Positions 19,331 through 26,541 of a stretch of 64,000 nucleotides of DNA are shown piece after piece. How positions within the stretch are numbered: position 1 is the first letter of the stretch; each line of letters begins with the position of its first letter. This DNA comes from Ignavibacteria bacterium (GTDB lineage: Bacteria; Bacteroidota; Ignavibacteria; Kapaibacteriales; UBA2268): NCBI GenBank assembly GCA_026416955.1, contig JAOAEE010000036.1:24455-88454 (forward strand), in the 5' to 3' direction. Under the pieces are notes generated by a model. It did no database searches. It worked only from the letters and a program-made list of their open reading frames with translations, and was not told where the DNA came from. The translations under genes and the position numbers were made by a program.

Positions 19331-20651
19331 AATTTGTGTTGTAGGAACTGGTTATGTCGGTCTTGTTTCTGGTACTTCTTTTGCTGCAACTGGAAATGAT
19401 GTTATTTGCGTCGATATCGACCCAGAAAAAGTGGAAAAATTGAACCAAGGAATACCAACAATATTCGAGCCGGGTTTGGAACCACTTTTGCAAAGGAACG
19501 TAAGGGATGGTAGACTTCGATTTACTACTAATTTGGAAGAAGCGGTTGTACCTTCTTTGGTCACATTCCTTTGTTTGCCAACTCCCCCAAACGAGGATGG
19601 TTCCGCGGATTTGACACATTTATTGGCAGTAGCAAAAGAAATTGCAGAAATTTTCAAGAAACATAACATAACCGAACATCGAATTGTAGTCAATAAAAGC
19701 ACAGTTCCCGTTGGTACTGCCGATAAAGTCAGAGCCCTTTTTGCCGAAGTTTTTCCCGAAAATAATGTAGATGTTGCAAGCAACCCGGAATTTCTACGCG
19801 AAGGATTTGCTGTCGAAGATTCTATGAAACCCGAAAGGATTGTAATCGGAACAAGAAGTAAATTTGCCGAAGAGGTTTTACGCGACCTTTACGAACCATT
19901 CGTTCGCAGTGGAAACCCAATCTATGTTTTCGACGAGCGGACAGCCGAAGTTGTAAAGTATGCTGCAAACTCCTTCCTTGCAACTAAAATTTCGTTTATG
20001 AACGACCTTTCGGCTTTTTGCGAAGCCGTAGGTGCCGATATAGAAAAAGTAAGAATTGGCATTGGTTCCGATAGTCGTATTGGAAAAAGGTTCTTATTTG
20101 CTGGATTGGGTTTTGGTGGTTCTTGTTTTCCAAAAGATATCCGTGCTTTAATAAGAACAGCCGAAGAGGTTGGTACGCCCCTTGCTATTGTAAAAGCCAC
20201 CTATGAGGTCAATCAAAAGCAAATCCGCCGATTTATCGATAAGATTTTAAACTATTTCTCTGGAGATATTAAAGATAAAACTTTTGCACTGTGGGGTTTA
20301 TCATTCAAACCGAATACTGATGACGTTCGAGAAGCCCCAGCGTTTAAAATAATTGATGCCCTACTCGAACAAGGAGCAAAAGTTTTTGCATACGACCCCG
20401 AAGCTATCGACAATACGAAAAAGCATTATGGGGATAAGATACTTTATGCTACGAATATGTATGAATGCCTTGAAAATGCCGATGCTTTAATAATTGCGAC
20501 TGAATGGACTGTCTTTCGAAACCCAGATTTTAAGAAGATGAAGGATTTGATGAAAAATCCATTGATATTCGATGGGCGAAACCTATACACTTTCGAAGAA
20601 ATGGGGAAATATGGTTTCGATTACATTTGTGTGGGTCGGGTCAAACTTTGA
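19320..20651 (+). CDS. ugd: UDP-glucose 6-dehydrogenase
   Basis: Rossmann motif VVGTGYVGLVSG. Catalytic-Cys motif GFGGSCFPKD. GGAGG SD. Overlaps the upstream gene by 11 nt. Confidence 0.93.
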   Translation: MAYKICVVGTGYVGLVSGTSFAATGNDVICVDIDPEKVEKLNQGIPTIFEPGLEPLLQRNVRDGRLRFTTNLEEAVVPSLVTFLCLPTPPNEDGSADLTHLLAVAKEIAEIFKKHNITEHRIVVNKSTVPVGTADKVRALFAEVFPENNVDVASNPEFLREGFAVEDSMKPERIVIGTRSKFAEEVLRDLYEPFVRSGNPIYVFDERTAEVVKYAANSFLATKISFMNDLSAFCEAVGADIEKVRIGIGSDSRIGKRFLFAGLGFGGSCFPKDIRALIRTAEEVGTPLAIVKATYEVNQKQIRRFIDKILNYFSGDIKDKTFALWGLSFKPNTDDVREAPAFKIIDALLEQGAKVFAYDPEAIDNTKKHYGDKILYATNMYECLENADALIIATEWTVFRNPDFKKMKDLMKNPLIFDGRNLYTFEEMGKYGFDYICVGRVKL

Positions 20652-20707
20652 AACTTTTTTTTCAAAACTCCGTAGTCATCAAAGGTAAGTTCATACGATA
20701 TAAAGTG

Positions 20708-21445
20708 ATGATACGAATTTTAAGCTTACTTTTGCTGTTTGTCGTTTCAATTTCTCTTTCTGGATGCTTCGGAGTTTATATATGTACCGAAGGTAGTGGT
20801 CATCTTTCCCGACAAGTGTATGAGGTTTCGTCGTTCAATAAAATTTCAATCAATGTTCCTTCGAACATATTTATTGTCCAAGACTCAACCCCAAAATTGG
20901 AGATTGAAACCGACGACAACTTGTTTTATTTTCTTTATGTAAAAACTTCCAACGATAAATTGATAATCGAAAGCGAAAAGGGACTTTGCCCAAGGAAATT
21001 AGATATTTATATTACAAGCCCCGATTTTGCCGAGATTGAGGTCAACGGTAATTCCGATATTATTGCTCAATCTCCTTTAAATACAGAGAAGTTAGCTATT
21101 TTGATTAATGGTTCGGGGGATATTATTATTGATAGCATAAAGACAAAGAAAGTTTCTGTTGAAGTAAATGGTAGCGGAGATGTAAGAGTCGGAGGTATCA
21201 CCGAAAGTTTCAATGTTGAAATAAATGGTAGCGGTGATGTCCAAGGGGTGAAACTTGTTGCAAAAGAGGTTCAAGTTGAAATAAATGGTTCGGGAGATGT
21301 TTATGTAAACTGCCAAGAAAGTATGAAAGTAGGAATTTTTGGTTCGGGCGATGTTTATTATCTTGGCAATCCTTCGCATTCAAATATCGAAATAAGTGGT
21401 TCAGGAACTGCTAAAAGATATTCAGAAAAAAGTAAAGTAAGGTAA
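20708..21445 (+). CDS. Lipoprotein with a DUF2807 / head-GIN-type repeated (I/V)NGSGD(V/I) beta-helix domain
   Basis: ATG at 20708 gives MIRILSLLLLFVVSISLSGC (lipobox). Six GSGD-type repeats follow. Confidence 0.75.
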   Translation: MIRILSLLLLFVVSISLSGCFGVYICTEGSGHLSRQVYEVSSFNKISINVPSNIFIVQDSTPKLEIETDDNLFYFLYVKTSNDKLIIESEKGLCPRKLDIYITSPDFAEIEVNGNSDIIAQSPLNTEKLAILINGSGDIIIDSIKTKKVSVEVNGSGDVRVGGITESFNVEINGSGDVQGVKLVAKEVQVEINGSGDVYVNCQESMKVGIFGSGDVYYLGNPSHSNIEISGSGTAKRYSEKSKVR

Positions 21446-21459
21446 TCTTTTTTACAAAA

Positions 21460-21490
21460 GAAAGGCTGTTTCAAATCGAAACAGCCTTTC
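21460..21490. terminator. Bidirectional rho-independent terminator between convergent genes
   Basis: Perfect 13-bp stem GAAAGGCTGTTTC / GAAACAGCCTTTC with a 5-nt loop. TTTTGT follows it on the minus strand, downstream of the peroxiredoxin gene. Confidence 0.7.
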
Positions 21491-21513
21491 CTTATTTGGT
21501 AAAATTATAGGTC

Positions 21514-22164
21514 TTAGTCCTTTTCGTTCAAGTCGCGATAAAGGAACCACCAGTCGAAGTTTTGATATTTTGCTTTTTTGTACTCAGCGGCTTTAATATC
21601 TGTTGGGGGTGGGATAATAACCTTGTCGCCAATTAATTCGTTGTTTGGCCAATTTGCTGGGATAGCGACTTTTTGCTCGTCGGAAGTTTGCAAACCTTTT
21701 AACATTCTTAAAAATTCGTCGAAGTTTCTACCGAGTTCTTGGGGATAATACACAATTGCTCTGATTATTCCATTTGGGTCGACAAAGAAAACAGCACGAA
21801 CAGTATTCTTCCCTTTGGATGGATGTACTAGCCCAAGAGTATTAGCCAAATCACCAGTGTCTGCAATAATTGGAAATTGAATATCCACATTCAAATTGGT
21901 TTTAATCCATTCAACCCATTTGATGTGTGAGAAAACTTGGTCGATACTTAACCCAACTAATTCGCAATTAAGTTTTTTGAATTCTTCGTAACGATTCTGA
22001 AAAGCAACAAATTCGGTTGTGCATACAGGAGTAAAATCAGCAGGATGGCTAAACAAGATGAACCATTTACCTGCAAGGTCGTTTGGTAACTTCATCGGTC
22101 CGTGTGTAGTCTGGACCTGAACTTCGGGAAATCGGTCGCCGATTAAGGGCATTCTTCCTTCCAT
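21514..22164 (-). CDS. Peroxiredoxin (1-Cys / Prx6-like)
   Basis: [14 protein letters not shown]. An alternative start at 22152 would give MPLIGDRFP. Confidence 0.93.
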   Translation of the reverse strand: MEGRMPLIGDRFPEVQVQTTHGPMKLPNDLAGKWFILFSHPADFTPVCTTEFVAFQNRYEEFKKLNCELVGLSIDQVFSHIKWVEWIKTNLNVDIQFPIIADTGDLANTLGLVHPSKGKNTVRAVFFVDPNGIIRAIVYYPQELGRNFDEFLRMLKGLQTSDEQKVAIPANWPNNELIGDKVIIPPPTDIKAAEYKKAKYQNFDWWFLYRDLNEKD

Positions 22165-22256
22165 TTTAACCTCATTATTAAAAATAACAAAAACAAAGTT
22201 TAAAGAAGATTAAATTTTTATTTTATTGCAGATAAAAGCAAGGAGTTTGGGAACTT

Positions 22257-22487
22257 TTATATTTTAATATCGAGATAGCCTTTTGAAATTTGTGCTTGTG
22301 CAGTTGCTTGGGCTTGTTGTAAATTGGGTAAGCTAGATGAAATAAGTTGTAGCAATTGGGATTGCAATGAATTCGGAGAAACACCTATTGCTTGACGCAA
22401 TACATCTTTTTGTATCTCGAATTGAACATTCATTCGCTTGTTTTCTTCGTTATTTTGTTGTGAATAATTTACAGGGTTAATCATCAT
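22257..22487 (-). CDS. Small Q-rich protein resembling the YjfB 'putative motility protein' family
   Basis: 76 aa. GGAG SD 6-7 nt upstream. Central VLRQAIGV...LLQLI and C-terminal ...GYLDIKI resemble the YjfB pattern as I recall it. Confidence 0.5.
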   Translation of the reverse strand: MMINPVNYSQQNNEENKRMNVQFEIQKDVLRQAIGVSPNSLQSQLLQLISSSLPNLQQAQATAQAQISKGYLDIKI

Positions 22488-22572
22488 AGTTTACTCCACA
22501 CAATACACAATATCAATTACAAATATAAGGAAAAAACATAAATAATACAAGCAAAAGTAAAAAATTTTTAGT

Positions 22573-22580
22573 TAATTTTG
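22573..22580 (+). promoter_or_regulatory. Candidate Bacteroidota-type -7 promoter box (TAnnTTTG) for tRNA-Val
   Basis: TAATTTTG ends 8 nt upstream of the mature tRNA 5' end. No clear -33 TTTG partner. Confidence 0.3.
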
Positions 22581-22588
22581 CAGTAACT

Positions 22589-22663
22589 GGTGGCTTAGCT
22601 CAGTTGGTCCAGAGCGTTCGCCTCACACGCGAAAGGTCACTGGTTCGAATCCAGTAGCCACCA
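22589..22663 (+). tRNA. tRNA-Val (anticodon CAC)
   Basis: Folded by hand into a cloverleaf. Acceptor GGTGGCT/AGCCACC, D arm GCTC/GAGC, anticodon arm TTCGC-CTCACAC-GCGAA, T arm ACTGG-TTCGAAT-CCAGT, discriminator A. CCA is not encoded. Confidence 0.95.
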
Positions 22664-22673
22664 CGAAATTTTT

Positions 22674-24911
22674 TTAGTAATTATACCTTAATCCAAGATA
22701 AGTTTTTCTCCCCTCGATTGGTCCCCAAATCATCGAACCATCGAAGTAGTTTGAAAATGGCGATTTGTATGCAACAATAGGATTTGGTTGACGAAAATTT
22801 GTAATGTTTTCGCTACCAATATAAATTTCGAATTTTCCTATTTTATAAGTTACTTGACCGTAAAGTACAAAGTAGGGGTTGTATGTATCGGGCAATTTAT
22901 ATTCTGCTGGGTTAGAATTTGTTTCTGGAATGCGACCACCACCATTGTATTCAAGTGTTACATCAAACATAAACGGTTCTGGCTTGTAGGCAATATTGAA
23001 CAAAGCTTTGTGTGGGCTAATTAATGGTTTCCTTTGAAGTTTCCAATTTGTAGTTGTCCAAACATCATTTAGTCTGTATGCAGCAAGTATAGTCAAATTC
23101 GAAAAAATATCCGCAGTTAAATCAATTTGGAAACTATTTGAAAAGGATTTACCATTTAGATTGTAAATATAAATTTTATCTGGTGCAATGTCTCGGTCGA
23201 CAATTGTTTGGTTTATGAACTTTGTGTGGAAAAACTCCAAGTTGAGTACAAAACATCTTCCAAGCATTTCGATGTTATGGGTTGTGTTTATTCCAAAGTT
23301 CCAAGCTTCCTCGATTTTTAGTTCTTCTTTGAATGTTATTTCGCGCGATGATGTTAAGATTCCTTGATTTTCGGGAATTGGGAGAGGGAAGTGATAGCCT
23401 TTGCCAGCAGAAACTCGTATTATATTATTTTCGTTAAGTTGATATTTAATATGAATTCTTGGAGTAAACAATTTTCCAGCAATGTTGTGAAAATCTAATC
23501 TAATCCCAGAAATGATTTGAAAATTTTCCAATGGATTTACTGTAAACTCTGCAAACAATCCACCAACAGATTCTCGGGTCGATAAATCCAGATTATCCAA
23601 AATTTGTAAGTAATTGTTGTATTGATAACTTAGACCAAAAGTGTAATTTAGGTTTGTTTCAGAGTTATCATTGCTACCCTCCAGAAGGTTGTAAGAGGAC
23701 GAAAAGAGTATAGTTGCAAAAACCGAGTTTTGTTCGGCGTTGTAGGTTCTTTGCCCAAAGTAGGAATTTTGTTTATGATGAATAAAACTTAATATTGTTC
23801 CAATATTTCTATTTGTTTCCTCATCGAAAATAAACCCGTTTTTAGTTGTAAGGTTTATTCTTTGAATATCCACATTCGAACCCCAATAGGAGTTTGAATT
23901 TGGGGAATCAAAAAACCAAACTTGCCCACTTTTTGAATTATTTAATAGCCAATGGACAAAAGTTTTGCCCTCGAAATTACCAACTGAGTAATCTAATCTT
24001 TCCAATATATTTATTTGCTTGTTTGTTGGAATGTCCAAGAAACCGTCGCCATTGTGGTCGATCTTTTTATTAAAATAGTTACTATGAATAAGATTTGTTA
24101 GAAAAATATTTTCTTCTAATTCAAATTTTGTTATGATATTTGCTTCAAGCCTAAAAATATCGTTCAAGTAGTTATTGAAAATAAGGTTCTCGGAACTTTC
24201 TGGTCCTTTTAGTTCCACATTTATCTGTCCGGTAATAGATTCGTAGCCCCGAGTTACTGAGGAAGTTCCTTTTGAAATGGAAATTGAATTAATCCAAGGT
24301 CCCGGAACGAATAGCAAACCATAGTTCGAGGCGATACCTTGAAGATTTGGCACTATTTCAACCATAAGTTGAGTGTAGTTCTGTGCCAAACCCAACAATT
24401 GAATTTGTTTCACCCCAGTTACAGCATCCGTATAGGTTACATCGACAGTTGGGTTAGTAAGGAAGCTTTCACTTAAATTGCAGCAAGCAGCCTTTTTTAG
24501 TCCACTTCCAGTAATAACTTCGGTCTTCACAATCGAGGAATTTTCGAGAATGAAATCGGGTTTGGGTTTTTCGACAACAACTTCGGGGGTTTTAAATTCT
24601 TGGTACAAAACAAATTCGATTTCATTTGTTTCTGGTTGAACTAAAATCGTGTCCAATTTGTATCCAAAATAAGTTGCCACCAATTCGGCTGGTGGATTTA
24701 CTTCCAGTTCGAATTCACCATTTTTGTCGGCTATTGTTCCTATTTTTGAATTATTCACTTTAATTGTTGCGTTTGGAAGTGGGATTTTTTGTCCGTTTTC
24801 GTTAATTCCTAATATTCTACCTTTGATAACTTTTGCTTGTGCAAATAATGGTAATATTACAATAATAGTAATGATAGAAAGAATTTTATTAAATCTATTA
24901 TTAATTTTCAT
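22674..24911 (-). CDS. TonB-dependent receptor with an N-terminal CarboxypepD_reg domain
   Basis: ATG at 24911 after a GGAGGG SD. Signal peptide. VIKGRILG...ATIKV...ADKNGEFELEV, then a plug and a long barrel ending LGLRYNY. Confidence 0.85.
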   Translation of the reverse strand: MKINNRFNKILSIITIIVILPLFAQAKVIKGRILGINENGQKIPLPNATIKVNNSKIGTIADKNGEFELEVNPPAELVATYFGYKLDTILVQPETNEIEFVLYQEFKTPEVVVEKPKPDFILENSSIVKTEVITGSGLKKAACCNLSESFLTNPTVDVTYTDAVTGVKQIQLLGLAQNYTQLMVEIVPNLQGIASNYGLLFVPGPWINSISISKGTSSVTRGYESITGQINVELKGPESSENLIFNNYLNDIFRLEANIITKFELEENIFLTNLIHSNYFNKKIDHNGDGFLDIPTNKQINILERLDYSVGNFEGKTFVHWLLNNSKSGQVWFFDSPNSNSYWGSNVDIQRINLTTKNGFIFDEETNRNIGTILSFIHHKQNSYFGQRTYNAEQNSVFATILFSSSYNLLEGSNDNSETNLNYTFGLSYQYNNYLQILDNLDLSTRESVGGLFAEFTVNPLENFQIISGIRLDFHNIAGKLFTPRIHIKYQLNENNIIRVSAGKGYHFPLPIPENQGILTSSREITFKEELKIEEAWNFGINTTHNIEMLGRCFVLNLEFFHTKFINQTIVDRDIAPDKIYIYNLNGKSFSNSFQIDLTADIFSNLTILAAYRLNDVWTTTNWKLQRKPLISPHKALFNIAYKPEPFMFDVTLEYNGGGRIPETNSNPAEYKLPDTYNPYFVLYGQVTYKIGKFEIYIGSENITNFRQPNPIVAYKSPFSNYFDGSMIWGPIEGRKTYLGLRYNY

Positions 24912-24989
24912 TTTTCCCTCCAAAAGGTTTATGATTAATTTTTGATGAAGGTTATCTTTAGATTAAGAATAAGCAAAAAAGATTAGGAA

Positions 24990-25490
24990 TTAATGGAGTG
25001 TCTCGCTATTGGTGGGTAAAATGAAATGGGTTATCAATTGGATAAAACGTACAATTTTTTGTATAGGATTAATAATTTTTACTTGTACTTGTTCATATTT
25101 TAGTTTAAAGTAATTTGTAATAGAAGATTTGATGTATTCAATTCTAAGAGATAATTTGAATTTCTCGGTAAATTTTTTCAAGTTCTTCTCGTTGGTAGCA
25201 ATATCGATTTTCGAAAAAATCTTTGTGTCGGAGCAGCAGTTATCATTGCTATTTATGGTTGGTATGGATTTAGGTTCGGACGGATGCGAACAAGTTTGGG
25301 AATAATCTACATCGCAACAGCCAAAATTGTGTGAGTGGTGTTGGCACTTGCTTTCGTAGAATTCCTCGATGCTAACAAAAATTTTTTGCTCTTCTTTGCA
25401 AATATGATTTAAAATAGTTACACCGGCAGAAGATAGGATAATTCCTATTGCAAGAACAATGCCGAGTATTTTTTTTACTATTTCCACCAT
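24990..25490 (-). CDS. Small N-terminally anchored Cys/His-rich protein (possibly HYC_CC_PP-like)
   Basis: One TM (ILGIVLAIGIILSSAGV), then NHIC...CQHHSHNFGCCDVD...CSH...CCSD. Sits 66 nt upstream of the TonB receptor on the same strand. Confidence 0.6.
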   Translation of the reverse strand: MVEIVKKILGIVLAIGIILSSAGVTILNHICKEEQKIFVSIEEFYESKCQHHSHNFGCCDVDYSQTCSHPSEPKSIPTINSNDNCCSDTKIFSKIDIATNEKNLKKFTEKFKLSLRIEYIKSSITNYFKLKYEQVQVKIINPIQKIVRFIQLITHFILPTNSETLH

Positions 25491-26469
25491 ACAATTTCAG
25501 AAACGAACAAAATTAAGAATATTTTATCTACCTATCCAATTATGTTACCATTTTTCTTCATTGCGGAATTTCGCTAATGTCCGAAAAATGTTGAATGTTA
25601 AAGCAAACACCCGTCATTAAAAAAAAGGCCTTTTCGTAATGAAGAAACTAGAGTGCTTTTGCTACTTCGTAAGTAACAACGGGAGCTTTTCCGTTTAGAA
25701 GCACAAATAAGATGCTTATGCTACCGTGTGAAATACTGGCTTCTCAACTTAAGTGAAAAGAAGTAGCGGATGCAAATTCCCTTGCGGGTAAATTTCCGAA
25801 AGTAGGGTGCAAATTCGATATGCTTTTGGATGCACAGATAGAAATGAAAAACATTTAAAATTGCGACAGAATGGTTGAAGTTATTTGTTGCAAAATAAAA
25901 TTTTTTATTAATAATTTTAAGAATAAAAAAAATTGGGGTTTCCGTTAACCACGTACCAACCACCGATAATCGCAACTTATTGTGGAGGACAGTTTGCTAT
26001 TGCGGATGTCAAAAGAATATAATGTTAAAATACTCGATAAACGATTTAATATGCAATATGTTTTGACAGGAAAAACTGAACAATGAAGACAACAACAAGG
26101 TTTATATAGAAAAATAAGTAATGTAAAAATATTAATGATATTTTCAATAACATCAAAGAAGTAGACAAATTATATCATCCAAATAGCTCAATTCATTTAA
26201 TAGACTTAATTTATTCAATTAGATTTCCTACTTCAATAAATTTCCTACAAAGTTAGAATTAAAAAAAAACAGAGTAAATTGAAAAAGGAAGTTCATTTGT
26301 TTGAGTTTGTTTTACATTGTTTGGTGCAATACGAGCGAAGGCAGAAGAATAGAATGCAGAATTGGCAGTAGATTCGCGTTAGGTTCGGTTGGAAATGATA
26401 AAGAATAAATGTAATTTTGCGTTTGCTTCTTGATTTTTCATTTTTTTCTCAAAATTTGTTAAAAATATT

Positions 26470-26497
26470 TTGTTTTCTCAAAGAAAAATGTTATAAT
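26470..26497 (+). promoter_or_regulatory. Candidate sigma70-type promoter (TTGTTT, 16-nt spacer, TGtTATAAT) for the GAF/GGDEF-like gene
   Basis: Extended -10 TGtTATAAT at 26489-26497 and TTG-containing -35 at 26470-26475. About 45 nt upstream of the ATG at 26542. Confidence 0.3.
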
Positions 26498-26541
26498 GCA
26501 TTTCGCATAACGGGGAAAATCAATTTTCTTTTTTGGGTCGT

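Noticed and set aside
19352-19783. 143-aa minus-strand ORF antisense to ugd
   Set aside because: It sits opposite the Rossmann-fold region of a textbook UDP-glucose dehydrogenase and has no independent support.
21060-21400. Periodic DNA repeat (AATGGTAGCGG(A/T)GATGT-like units roughly every 60-70 nt) that could be mistaken for a tandem or CRISPR-like array
   Set aside because: The repeats are in frame within one ORF and encode the (I/V)NGSGD(V/I) beta-helix repeats of a DUF2807-type protein. The units are imperfect and not separated by unique spacers of constant length.
25500-25860. Cobalamin or TPP riboswitch upstream of the Cys/His-protein/TonB-receptor operon
   Set aside because: I reverse-complemented the leader and looked for the B12 box (AGYCMGGAGACCKGCC-like), the GGGAA..GGTGAAAATCC core, and the TPP CTGAGA/ACCTGATCTGGATAATGCCAGCG elements. 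None is present. I kept only the class-agnostic structured-RNA hypothesis.
25721-25975. 84-aa minus-strand ORF, the only listed ORF in the 1-kb gap
   Set aside because: The sequence is F/I/K/N-rich with no motif or SD. It spans the GC-rich islands I interpret as RNA structure. I treat the region as non-coding.
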